Counted from the stretch's first letter, positions 1 to 9,361 are shown. The stretch is DNA of 64,000 bases from Candidatus Bathyarchaeota archaeon (GCA_963717465.1 OY970340.1:480001-544000); one strand, 5' to 3'. Numbers and translations: made by a program. The notes: generated from the letters alone by a model not told the origin.

Positions 1-1034
1 GGTTTTGCGTGTAAGTATTCGCCGCCTTCTATGTCGATGTTGCCTGTTAGCGCTGGTAGCATATATTTGGATCGCACATTACTCATGGAGTTCCTGCCTG
101 ATGATTCAATTGCGTAGCCGTATGGGAACGTGCATGGACGGTTTTTCACTATGAATCTGGCTGCTTCTCTAATCTTTTCAGCTGGAATCCAAGTTATTTC
201 CGCAGCCTTCTCAGGCGTATACTGCTTAACACGTTCCTTTAGCTTATCAAATCCAAAGGTCCATTTCTCCACAAACTCATGATCGTACAAATCCTCCTCG
301 ATGAGGACATTCATCATAGCCAGCATAAGAGCGGTATCAGTTCCAGGCCTAATCGCCAACCATAATTCAGAATTTCTAACAGTTTCAGTATAGCGTGGAT
401 CGACGCAGAGCATTTTCGCGCCACCCTCGACTGCTGCAACAAAGCCAGGCCATGAATATGTCCAAGATTCACTGGGATTCGTTCCAATCGCAAAGATACC
501 TTTGGTCTTACCAGGAATCATCATTGCATATGTTAATCCCACGCCATAGCCTAATCCTAAGGCTTGGTACGTGGGTCCAGCTCAGTGTGTCGCTGCAACA
601 GGCCCAAAGTTAGGGCTGCCCAATAACACATGGAAAGGCGCACAGCCAAGACCTAGGTTAGCAGATCGACCAGTGCCGCTAATGCCGCATACAGATTCGG
701 CGCCATACTTTGCTACAATTTCCTTTACTTTAGCAGCAATTTCCGAAATAGCTTGATCCCACGATATTATTTGCCACTTCCCTTCACCTCGTTTGCCAAT
801 ACGCTTCAACGGATACATGGGTCTGTCTCTATGGTAGATGTACTCTACAGAGTACTTCCACTTCTGACAATAAGGCCCAGGATTAAACGGACTTTCCCAA
901 TCAGGCTCAACTTTAGTGATTTTACCGTTCTCAACAGTCTCAAGCAATTGACATGATCCAGTACTACAGAAACCGCAAATACATCTATGCAATCCATCGT
1001 ATTTCTTCGGGTCTTCAATTTTAGTTTCACTCAT
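1..1034 (-). CDS. Mo/W-bis-PGD (DMSO reductase superfamily) oxidoreductase, acetylene-hydratase-like clade; 5' part only (runs off window), with in-frame TGA at codon 151 (582-584), candidate selenocysteine
   Basis: ATG at 1034 preceded by AGGAG. N-terminal Fe-S motif CGFCSTGSC...CQK and YPLKRIGKRGEGKWQIISWDQA. Manual translation past the TGA continues in the same frame without stops to base 1, giving IGTNPSES, CVDPRYTET, WLAIRPGTDTAL and LTGNIDIEGG, all typical of the family. Confidence 0.92.
538..575 (-). promoter_or_regulatory. Candidate bacterial-type SECIS hairpin immediately 3' of the in-frame UGA
   Basis: Minus-strand sequence CCCACG-TA-CCA-AGCC-T-TA-GGAT-TA-GGCT-A-TGG-CGTGGG. Pairings are CCCACG/CGTGGG, CCA/TGG, AGCC/GGCT and TA/TA with a bulged U. 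The apical loop GGAU starts at +25 after the UGA. Confidence 0.6.
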
Positions 1035-1115
1035 TTTTCTATCTCCTATTACTTTATGTCTTTGAAACAAGTTAATATTAAGGTCTGTTTAATATTTAAG
1101 GTTAAAATATGAGCC

Positions 1116-1134
1116 TGTTTCAGATTTTGAGACA
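1116..1134. promoter_or_regulatory. Imperfect palindrome TGTTTCA-N5-TGAGACA upstream of the TATA box of the Mo/W enzyme gene
   Basis: 6/7 inverted repeat. TATA-like TTAAATAT on the minus strand at about 1092-1099. Confidence 0.3.
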
Positions 1135-1372
1135 AAATAAGGCAAATCTGCTAATTTAGTTGCCACAGGTGCGGTTTTGACCCTATTTTTGATAAAAAAG
1201 TGCAAAGTCTAAAACTCAATTTAATAAAAGTAATAAGAATTGGAACAAATTTCCATGATGGAGAATTAAGAGGCCTGAATTATTTTCTTAAACGAAACTT
1301 TTTCAAGATTAAATAGTAACAAGTTCAGTAAGTTTTAGGTTTTCCAAATAGCAATAATGTTGTGTATCAATT

Positions 1373-1978
1373 TTAAGCGTCAACAGGCGTTATTTTCTTC
1401 GTAAATGTATTATTTTCTATGTGATTCACTGGTTTAGCCGATTGAAATATTGATCCCAAGTTTCGATATGAAAATGGTTTTGGCCACATTTTATCCGTGT
1501 GAAACATGAAGCTATGTACTTCAAGGGATGGTAATTTATGCAAAAGCGATAATTCTTTATCAACCATCTTTGAGAACTTTATAAAATCATCATAATCCTT
1601 GTGAGCAGTTACAGCGAACCATTGTGTTCCTGTCATGCCGCGATCTACGAGGAGGCACAGCAATTCGGGATGGCTGTGAGCCACTTCATCAGCTTCGCTA
1701 AATTGCATTGGTGTTACTATATCAGTAGTTGAAGCTAACGAAAGCACAACAACCTCTAGCCCAATTTTATAGAAATCAGGTACTGGAACGTATTCTTTTA
1801 TGTAGCCCTCTTGTTCAAGCTTCTTTTTTCTTCGAGACAAAGATGTGTGGCTTATTCCCAAACGTTTGGCAATTTCTCTATCGCTATTACCGCTTAATGC
1901 CATCAAAGTAAACAAAGTTTTTAGATTTTCTTGTTCCTTTCTCTCCAGTGCATTTCGTTTACTCAATGGTCTATTCAT
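1373..1978 (-). CDS. Lrp/AsnC-like winged-HTH transcriptional regulator
   Basis: SDREIAKRLGISHTSLSRRKKKLEQEGYIKEY..PDFYKIG HTH, followed by a RAM-like domain. Confidence 0.8.
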   Translation of the reverse strand: MNRPLSKRNALERKEQENLKTLFTLMALSGNSDREIAKRLGISHTSLSRRKKKLEQEGYIKEYVPVPDFYKIGLEVVVLSLASTTDIVTPMQFSEADEVAHSHPELLCLLVDRGMTGTQWFAVTAHKDYDDFIKFSKMVDKELSLLHKLPSLEVHSFMFHTDKMWPKPFSYRNLGSIFQSAKPVNHIENNTFTKKITPVDA

Positions 1979-2015
1979 ATAATACAGTATTACAAAAGTT
2001 GTTTTAAAATTTTGC

Positions 2016-2219
2016 TTGGCGTGCTGGCTTACCCCTAAATTAAAAGCTTTTGTTGGAAAGGGGGTATCGTTTCTAATGAGTTAGCCCCAGCGTGGGAGAT
2101 GAGTCCTAGCGGGACAAGATGACACAAGACCTCAGAAAACCTCTTTTGAAAGGTAGACTTAAGCCTTGCCAAAAGCATGCCAATAGCTGTTTCCACCTCC
2201 AGGGAGCGCGCATTTTTTT
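2016..2219 (+). ncRNA. Candidate structured non-coding RNA of unknown family
   Basis: GC-richer island in an AT-rich intergenic region. Long-range closing helices 2016-2025/2174-2183 and 2026-2031/2160-2165 enclose several hairpins. G.U pairs favour the + strand, and a T7 run lies at 2213-2219. Confidence 0.35.
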
Positions 2220-2374
2220 CCTAAATTAATAAAGTGAGCGCCACCTCTTATTGGAGTAAACAATGAAATTTTCAATAATTTAATTTAAATATTCTAACCT
2301 CTTAAAACCTAAACAAAAATAACTTTTTTAAATTTATTTCAATTTTCAATTTTCTTCAGTAACGGCATTAAAAT

Positions 2375-3511
2375 TTAATCTAAATTCATTTCTTCTTCGA
2401 CGCCGTAGTCAATGATTACTTTTTGTTTTCTCTGCTTAAAGGCAGCGTCCAAGTTTGGGTCGCCTGTGTCAACTCTGAGGCTTTTCAGGCTGCCAAGCTT
2501 ACCCTTAGTTGCAACCACGACAATGTTATCCATTCCTATTTGGCGGATTACTTTTGAGCTTATTTGTTGGTTTCCTCGTCCAAAGATGAAGCCTTGCCCT
2601 CCGATGGGAGTAACGATTATTCTTGCAGATTTTCCTTTCGTTGCTTGCAGTATCTTTTTTTCGTTCACGTCTTTTGCAATTATTTTCTTGTTAAAGAAAA
2701 TGTCAACGCCAAGCAAGGTTTTTTTTGCGTCTAAAAGGTCAGCGATCGTTCTTGTCGTAGTGCCAGGTCCAACAACGTAAACAGTGTTTGGCGGCATGTT
2801 CTCAATAACGTATATGGCTATTGCTGCTTGGTTGCGCAGTTCATTTTCAGTCATGGGACTTGCCATTTTGTTTGCCTGAATCAACTCAGGTTCATAAGGA
2901 GTCAATGTGTACCCGTATAGTTGGGCTGATAAGTGTCCTTCTCGGAAGGCTTTTTCATCAACATCCATAACTTCAGCTTCACGCAAAGGCAAACTAGCCC
3001 ATAGGTACCGGAGGGTTGCTCTTGCCGCTGCTTTGGGGCTTACAGCAAAAACGCTACTATGCATCTTTACACCCGTCGGAACGCCGAGCACTGGAACCTT
3101 CATGTCAACTGCTTTTTGAATAATCCGTGCTGTTCCATCTCCACCGCAGAAGACAAGGAGGTCAACATGAGCTTTTGCCATTTCTTTTGCATAAATTCGG
3201 GTATCGTTTGAAGTGGTTTCGGCTTTCTTTTCACCCAGAACCTGGCAACTGAATCCGTATTTGGTGACCGCATCTTCTCCCATGCTTCCAGCGCCAACGA
3301 TGAATTTTAGGCCTTTTTTGGCTGGAATTAACTCTTCAAGGAAGGCTTGGGCTCTCGAATACGCGATAGGTTTTGCGCCAAGCGACAAAGCTTTTTTCAG
3401 GATTACAGTGCCATCTGTTCCCTTTAGCCCCACTGCTCCCCCCATTCCAGCAACGGGGTTAATAATGAAACCGATTGTTTTTGATGGGATTGCTTGCTCA
3501 GGATAACTCAA
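2375..3511 (-). CDS. ATP-NAD kinase (AcoX-like) family protein
   Basis: NPVAGMGGAVGLKGTDG, GGDGTAR, GVKMHS and GGQGFIFGRGNQQ motifs. Confidence 0.88.
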   Translation of the reverse strand: MSYPEQAIPSKTIGFIINPVAGMGGAVGLKGTDGTVILKKALSLGAKPIAYSRAQAFLEELIPAKKGLKFIVGAGSMGEDAVTKYGFSCQVLGEKKAETTSNDTRIYAKEMAKAHVDLLVFCGGDGTARIIQKAVDMKVPVLGVPTGVKMHSSVFAVSPKAAARATLRYLWASLPLREAEVMDVDEKAFREGHLSAQLYGYTLTPYEPELIQANKMASPMTENELRNQAAIAIYVIENMPPNTVYVVGPGTTTRTIADLLDAKKTLLGVDIFFNKKIIAKDVNEKKILQATKGKSARIIVTPIGGQGFIFGRGNQQISSKVIRQIGMDNIVVVATKGKLGSLKSLRVDTGDPNLDAAFKQRKQKVIIDYGVEEEMNLD

Positions 3512-3640
3512 GGCTGCATCAGCTACATACTACTTGATTTAGGGATAATAAACAAAGCACAATATAGCAGTATAGGATTCTACTGTCTAAAACATTGTTA
3601 AGAGCACGGGTTGCTGTTAACAATTGACTACGATTGACGC

Positions 3641-5314
3641 TTATTTTTGACTGAAGATTTCGTGCGCTTGGTAATTGTGCGCAAGAGTAAGTATTCCTCC
3701 TGACACGTTCTTAGCTTTGAATCCATTTTGCACAAGTATCCTCGTAGCCATATAGGAACGTTGACCTGAACGACAAAAAACGTTAATTTCCTTATCATGC
3801 GGAAGTTCGTTTAAACGTGATCGTAATTGACCCAGCGGTATGTTGACGGCGCCAGGGACACTTTCCACCGCAAGTTCAGCTGGTTCACGCACATCTAAGA
3901 GAAAGCCCTTAGTTGAATCCCATTGGCTAAGCGGCGAATCCCCTCTAAGTATGTTACTTGCAACCATGCCTGCAAAATTGACAGGGTCCTTTGGGCTTCC
4001 ATACTGGGGGGCATAGCAAAGCTCGGCTTCTTCAAGATCATAGACTGTAGCACCCATCTGAATCATAACGGAAAGAATATCAATGCGCTTGTCTACGCCA
4101 TCTTCACCAATCGCCAACGCGCCCAGAAGTCGCCCATCCGACCTTCTGAATATAATACTGATCGCTAAAGGCTTGGCACCTGGATAGTATCCCGCATGCG
4201 AGTTTGGGTAAAGGTAAATTTTTTCGTAATCAGTTTCACCCATTTGCTGCAGAGTCTTTTCATTGACACCAGTCCACGCTATCGTTGCACCAAATAAACC
4301 GATAACCGATGTCCCTTGCGAGCTGCGGAAACAAGAGTCACGTCCAGCGATAATGTCAGCCGCTATACGACCTTGACGGTTAGCGGAACCTGCCAAAGGA
4401 ATATATGACCATTGGCCGGTCACAAAATCTTTCACCTCAACCACGTCGCCTACGGCAAAAATATCAGGATCGCTTGTACGCATATGTTCATCAACACGAA
4501 TGCCGCCATGCTCACCGATTTTAAGTCCAGCACTTTTCGCCAAAGTAATGTCAGGTCTAACTCCGAGAGCAAGAATGACTAGGTCAGCAACATAAATTTT
4601 CCCTGATTTGGTTTCAACATTAATGCGCTCGCCGTCAGTCTGCTTAAACCCTGCTATACCATCGCCAAGAGCAAGACGGATACCCTGCTTCTTCAGATAC
4701 GCCTCAACTACTCGTGCATGCCCAACGTCTATCTGGGGCAGTATCTGGTCAAGCATTTCTACAAGCGTTACTTCAAAACCTCGGTGAACCAGATTTTCAA
4801 CCATTTCCAAACCGATGAACCCGCCACCGACAACAACAGCACTGGCTTTTGATTTTTCCGTTTGGATTCCGACTCGTTCTATCCATTCACGAATAGCCCT
4901 ACCATCCTGAATTGTCCTTACATGAAAAATCCCCGGCAAATCTATTCCTCTTAGAGGAGGATGAACAGCAGTTGCGCCTGGTGACAATACTAGTTTATCA
5001 TAGGATTGCGTGGACACTTGACCAGTCTCTAAATCCTTGAGCTTTACGATTTTTTCTTTTCGTAAAATCTCTACTGCTTCACAACGGGTGCGCACATCAA
5101 TCGCTAACCTATTTCGAAAATAATGCTCGCTTACAACCAAAAGACTCGATTCTTTATCAATTACGCCACCAACATAATAAGGCAGCCCGCAGTTAGCGTA
5201 CGAAACAAACGGTCCGCGTTCCACCATGAGAATTTCAGCTTTTTCATCCAACCTGCGCAGGCGTGCAGCACAAGATGCCCCGCCAGCTACTCCACCAATT
5301 ATAACAACCTTCAA
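3641..5314 (-). CDS. CoA-disulfide reductase with C-terminal rhodanese domain (CoADR-RHD / NAD(P)H persulfide reductase-like)
   Basis: GGVAGGAS FAD motif, SYANCGLPY redox Cys, GGGFIGLE, YAPQY, and rhodanese loop FCRSGQRS. Probable TTG start at 5314 after GGTG. Confidence 0.92.
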   Translation of the reverse strand: MKVVIIGGVAGGASCAARLRRLDEKAEILMVERGPFVSYANCGLPYYVGGVIDKESSLLVVSEHYFRNRLAIDVRTRCEAVEILRKEKIVKLKDLETGQVSTQSYDKLVLSPGATAVHPPLRGIDLPGIFHVRTIQDGRAIREWIERVGIQTEKSKASAVVVGGGFIGLEMVENLVHRGFEVTLVEMLDQILPQIDVGHARVVEAYLKKQGIRLALGDGIAGFKQTDGERINVETKSGKIYVADLVILALGVRPDITLAKSAGLKIGEHGGIRVDEHMRTSDPDIFAVGDVVEVKDFVTGQWSYIPLAGSANRQGRIAADIIAGRDSCFRSSQGTSVIGLFGATIAWTGVNEKTLQQMGETDYEKIYLYPNSHAGYYPGAKPLAISIIFRRSDGRLLGALAIGEDGVDKRIDILSVMIQMGATVYDLEEAELCYAPQYGSPKDPVNFAGMVASNILRGDSPLSQWDSTKGFLLDVREPAELAVESVPGAVNIPLGQLRSRLNELPHDKEINVFCRSGQRSYMATRILVQNGFKAKNVSGGILTLAHNYQAHEIFSQK

Positions 5315-5340
5315 TTCATACACCTTCAGAGATTTATGTA

Positions 5341-5811
5341 TCAACTTTTTTTTCTTAAAGTTTGAACCTGCCATTTGGGCGAAAGTTTTATTGCTTCAAT
5401 CACTGCGTGGCTTTCAATTCGGCTTATGCCTTCAATCCCCGATATGGTAGACATCAATTTTAAAGCGTCATTCTTATTTCGGCATAATGCTAAAACCAGC
5501 AAATCACATTCACCAGTGACTCTGGAGACAATTGAGATTTCGTCATACGAGGACAGCAATTGACCGATCTGTGAAATATCGACTCCTGGCTTTATTGAAA
5601 TCTGCAAACACAGCGGGTACAAATCGAACTCTTCTGGATTTAGAACCACAGTATACCCCATAATGGCACCATTTTTTTCCATTAACTCAATCCTGCTAGC
5701 TACATTTGCATGACTAATTCCAAGTTGCCGGGCAATTTCACGGTAAGAAAGACGAGCATCTCCCGAAAGCAGTTCTAAGATTTTCCTATCAGTATCGTCC
5801 AAAACCTTCAC
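5341..5811 (-). CDS. Lrp/AsnC family transcriptional regulator
   Basis: LDDTDRKILELLSGDARLSYREIARQLGIS HTH; VTGECDL RAM motif. Confidence 0.92.
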   Translation of the reverse strand: MKVLDDTDRKILELLSGDARLSYREIARQLGISHANVASRIELMEKNGAIMGYTVVLNPEEFDLYPLCLQISIKPGVDISQIGQLLSSYDEISIVSRVTGECDLLVLALCRNKNDALKLMSTISGIEGISRIESHAVIEAIKLSPKWQVQTLRKKS

Positions 5812-5819
5812 CCATTATG

Positions 5820-6137
5820 TTATACGTTAACTACACGCTGATCATCCTGCGCTAGAAAATCTACAAGCTGATCATAATCAAGCAATTCCACGCCAGCTAT
5901 CAAGTTTTTAGTTATTCCTCGTTTTTGGGCATCTTTGAATATTAAATAAAGTTTTAATCCAGATTGAATAGCTTTTTCAACATTCGAATTGCTTTCATTT
6001 TTATTAGCTACCATATAAACGGCGTCTTGACTTAACACAGCACTTATTTCCTCGTTTTTCGCTTGCATTTCTAACGCGATTTTCAAGAACGATAAGTCGA
6101 ACCTGTTTAAAAATAGTACAGTCTTCATGTCATCCAC
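5820..6137 (-). CDS. dsrH: DsrH/TusB family sulfur-relay protein
   Basis: LSQDAVY, DAQKRGI and LLDYDQLVD motifs; operon position after dsrE and dsrF. Confidence 0.75.
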   Translation of the reverse strand: MDDMKTVLFLNRFDLSFLKIALEMQAKNEEISAVLSQDAVYMVANKNESNSNVEKAIQSGLKLYLIFKDAQKRGITKNLIAGVELLDYDQLVDFLAQDDQRVVNV

Positions 6138-6476
6138 CTAAAACACCAATGTTACTTGTGCTTCGCCAAGAAGCTCAGATATTTTGGTCTCATTGGCAAC
6201 TGTTATGCCTGCCACAAGATTATCAGCGGTAAATCCTCTTTTCCTTAACGCTTCCTCCTCGACAAAAAGGGTGACGCCTGCATCGGGAAGTTCTGAAAAA
6301 TATCGACTTGTCAAGCTTGTATCAACATCCTTCAGGATAGCATACACGGCATCGTCCATCCAGATGAAAGTAACTTGATGTTCCCACAAGCCCGCGGCAG
6401 TACGTAAGGCTTCATAGTAGTTGATTGTCGAGAAAGGCTTTGATTTTAACATTACACAGACTTTCTTTCCAGGCAC
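6138..6476 (-). CDS. dsrF: DsrF/TusC family sulfur-relay protein
   Basis: KPF...EALRTA, WMDDAVY and EEALRKRG motifs. Confidence 0.75.
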   Translation of the reverse strand: MPGKKVCVMLKSKPFSTINYYEALRTAAGLWEHQVTFIWMDDAVYAILKDVDTSLTSRYFSELPDAGVTLFVEEEALRKRGFTADNLVAGITVANETKISELLGEAQVTLVF

Positions 6477-6480
6477 GCTT

Positions 6481-6846
6481 TCACCTTCCAGTAAAACTTA
6501 AAACAATGTCTGATTCAGCAATCATTTCAGAGAGGTCAAAAATTCCTCCAGCGACAATTCCTTCAGGATACATTGCTTCATTAACACCTCTTAACTCCAT
6601 GCAAACCCTGCAACATACAATTTTTGCACCCTGTCTAAGCAGGTTTTTAAACCTATCAGAGACCGATGTCATGTTGAAAGGTACCCCATTTTGATATTTA
6701 ACAGGGTTATACACACCATCCATCATCATGAAAATGTTAACCTTATGTCCTTTTTTCAGGGCTGATTCCGCTATTTCAACGACTTGTTCGGGACTTTCAT
6801 GCTCAAAGGGTGGTTCGCAAAGAAAAAATAAAAAAGTTTTGGGCAA
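6481..6846 (-). CDS. dsrE: DsrE/TusD family sulfurtransferase
   Basis: PPF, FMMMDGVY and CCRVCMELRG (persulfide-carrying Cys region). Confidence 0.85.
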   Translation of the reverse strand: MPKTFLFFLCEPPFEHESPEQVVEIAESALKKGHKVNIFMMMDGVYNPVKYQNGVPFNMTSVSDRFKNLLRQGAKIVCCRVCMELRGVNEAMYPEGIVAGGIFDLSEMIAESDIVLSFTGR

Positions 6847-6861
6847 AATGTCTTTCTCCTT

Positions 6862-7284
6862 TTAGATGAACAAGTTGACGTCTGATTTTAATGCAAGTTC
6901 CATGAATGTTGCAGCGCCTACTATATCGTCAACTTCTGGAATCAGATCTTCTTTCTTAACATGCATTATCTCCATCGTTGTGCTGCAAGCGTATAGTTTG
7001 ACGTTTCCTGTCTCCTTGCACATTTGAAGCATCTGAGTGAGTGTAGGAACCTTGGCTTTTGCCATTCGCCCCTTTATCATGCCTGTTGCAATCCTCATCA
7101 TTCCAGGTAGTTTTGCCTTGTCAAAGCCGCCCTTTTTGATAGCACTAAGTCCCCAAAATGTAAAGAAAAGATGCACTTTTGTGTCCATCGCTGCTGCTGT
7201 ACTGGCCAACATAAAGACAGGCATTAATTTGTCAAGAGTGCCAGAGTGCACTATGATTGCCATACTTTTATTTTCATCGACCAT
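6862..7284 (-). CDS. DsrE2 (DsrE/DsrF/DrsH-like) protein
   Basis: SGTLDK, LFFTFWGL, LYACSTTM and VGAATF motifs. Confidence 0.88.
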   Translation of the reverse strand: MVDENKSMAIIVHSGTLDKLMPVFMLASTAAAMDTKVHLFFTFWGLSAIKKGGFDKAKLPGMMRIATGMIKGRMAKAKVPTLTQMLQMCKETGNVKLYACSTTMEIMHVKKEDLIPEVDDIVGAATFMELALKSDVNLFI

Positions 7285-7301
7285 TCTTCCACCTCCTCAC
7301 C

Positions 7302-7556
7302 CTAGGCAAGTTTTTGAATAACATAGGTAAAAACGCCGTTTTCCTCATGAGACTCAAGCAGTTTGTTTCCGGTTTTGTTGCACCACGATTCGAAATCTTT
7401 CCTGCTTCCTGGATCGGTGGCGAGAACTTTTACAATTTGATTTTTTTGCATTTTTTTTATAACTTGATTGATTTTTACTATAGGCATGGGACAAAAAAGC
7501 CCTCGTGTATCAAGCGCCTCATCCACTTGGATTTCTGATTTCTTACTTGTATCCAT
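7302..7556 (-). CDS. tusA: TusA/SirA family sulfur carrier protein
   Basis: LDTRGLFCPMP motif; ATDPGS..DF..WC. Confidence 0.93.
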   Translation of the reverse strand: MDTSKKSEIQVDEALDTRGLFCPMPIVKINQVIKKMQKNQIVKVLATDPGSRKDFESWCNKTGNKLLESHEENGVFTYVIQKLA

Positions 7557-7826
7557 TTGGCATCAACATCATTTTATTATTAACCATTTGGATTATATAA
7601 AATTTATGAAAGCGAATTTCAAATCAGCTCTACCACAATCAAACGTTCTAAAGCGAAGTCAAATCGTTCCCTTTCAGAAATTCAGAACCCCGGTTTTGAT
7701 TTCTTAATAAGAAAAGAACACTAAAATTCTTGGTATAATTTTTACAAGTTTAAATTTAATAGTTGACCATTTTAGTAAAAATTCATCAACATATAAAAGG
7801 AAAAGAGAAAAAAGTTTTAGATTTTT

Positions 7827-9227
7827 TTAGGTTATGTATTTCTTGTTGACTTCTTCTAGCCAAGGATACAGTTTGTGAAGTTTTTTCATTGATTCTTCAA
7901 CTTTTTCTGCGGGGTAATCACAGGGTTTCAGTTTGCCGCTGAAGTATTCGTCGTAAGCTGCCATATCAAAGAAGCCGTGTCCGCATAGCACGAAGAGAAT
8001 TGTTTTTGCTTCGCCTGTTTTTTTGCATCTTAGAGCTTCGTCTACGACGCCTTTGATTGCGTGTGCAGGTTCAGGTGCTGGAATGATGCCTTCTGTTTGG
8101 ATGAAGAGTTTTGCAGCGTCGAAGACTTCAGTTTGGTTGAAGGCTTCAGTTGTCATTTGTTTTTCTTTGACGAGTACGCTTATTGTTGGAGCAATTCCAT
8201 GATATCTAAGGCCGCCTGCGTGGATAGGCGCTGGAATGAAATCATGTCCTATAGTGTGCATTGGTACCAAGGGTGTTAATCTCGCCGTGTCTCCATGATC
8301 ATATTGATAATATCCCTTGGTAACTTTGGGACATGCCATAGCTTCTGTGGCAACAAATTTTATGTCCTTAGGGGCTTTCTTTGAAACTTTGTCGTAGTAG
8401 AAGGGCCACATTATTCCAGAGTAGCTGCTGCCGCCGCCTATGCAACCGTAAATGATGTCTGGGTAATCATCGACCATTTCAAGCTGCTTCTTTGCTTCTA
8501 GACCTTCGACAGTTTGATGCATGCAAACATGGTTAAAGACGCTGCCTATGGCATAGTTAGCTTCTGCTTCGTTAACTAGTGCATCTTCAACGGCTTCGCT
8601 GATAGCTATGCCTAAGCTGCCTTTGTTATCAGGGTCTTCTGCCAGTATTTTTCTGCCTGCTTCAGTATGTTTGCTTGGGCTAGCGTAGACTTCGCCGCCG
8701 AAAGCGTTCATTAGCATTTTGCGGTAGGGTTTTTGGTCATAGCTTGCTCGAACCATGTAAACTGTGGCTTTTAACCCGAATATCATAGCCGCAAAAGATA
8801 AAGCTGAACCCCATTGACCAGCACCTGTCTCTGTTGTTAATCGTTTTGTGCCTTCTTTCATGTTGTAGAAAGCTTGAGGAACAGCAGTGTTGGGTTTGTG
8901 GCTTCCCGCTGGACTTGTGCCTTCGTACTTGTAGTAAATTTTAGCGGGAGTTTTCAGAGCTTTCTCAAGACCTGTTGCTCTGAACAGGGGTGTTGGTCTC
9001 CAGATCCTGTATACTTCGCGTACCTCTTCAGGTATGTCTATCCAGCGGTCTTGGCTTATTTCTTGACCGATTATTGCTTTTGGAAATATTCTGGGGACAA
9101 TCCCGACTCCGGGCTGTTTTGTTTGAGGGTCTATGAATGGAGGAAGAGGATGAGGTAGGTCTGGTACAATGTTGTACCATTTCTTTGGGATATCTTCCTC
9201 GTTAAGAAGTATTTTTTTAGATACCAT
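7827..9227 (-). CDS. trpB2: Stand-alone tryptophan synthase beta chain, TrpB2 type
   Basis: [11 protein letters not shown] lysine, [11 protein letters not shown] and [10 protein letters not shown]; no trpA adjacent. Confidence 0.95.
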   Translation of the reverse strand: MVSKKILLNEEDIPKKWYNIVPDLPHPLPPFIDPQTKQPGVGIVPRIFPKAIIGQEISQDRWIDIPEEVREVYRIWRPTPLFRATGLEKALKTPAKIYYKYEGTSPAGSHKPNTAVPQAFYNMKEGTKRLTTETGAGQWGSALSFAAMIFGLKATVYMVRASYDQKPYRKMLMNAFGGEVYASPSKHTEAGRKILAEDPDNKGSLGIAISEAVEDALVNEAEANYAIGSVFNHVCMHQTVEGLEAKKQLEMVDDYPDIIYGCIGGGSSYSGIMWPFYYDKVSKKAPKDIKFVATEAMACPKVTKGYYQYDHGDTARLTPLVPMHTIGHDFIPAPIHAGGLRYHGIAPTISVLVKEKQMTTEAFNQTEVFDAAKLFIQTEGIIPAPEPAHAIKGVVDEALRCKKTGEAKTILFVLCGHGFFDMAAYDEYFSGKLKPCDYPAEKVEESMKKLHKLYPWLEEVNKKYIT

Positions 9228-9361
9228 TACAATCGCCTTTGGGTTTGGAATGTTACTTAAACGCTTTATTTAAAGCTTACGTGTACACAATCATACATTT
9301 AATTCAAACTTAAACCAACACATTTATACCACAACGTACAAAAATATACACTGACCAAGAT

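Noticed and set aside
395..1030. Short ORFs 395-613, 571-756, 753-956 and 845-1030
   Set aside because: Antisense or off-frame shadows of the Mo/W oxidoreductase.
2073..2140. Hammerhead ribozyme
   Set aside because: The core would need CUGANGA and GAAA with stems I-III; both candidate cores have substitutions at invariant positions. Kept only as a generic structured element.
2130..2160. Possible tRNA-Sec (minus-strand TTCAAA anticodon-like loop)
   Set aside because: No proper anticodon stem, T-arm or acceptor stem can be built.
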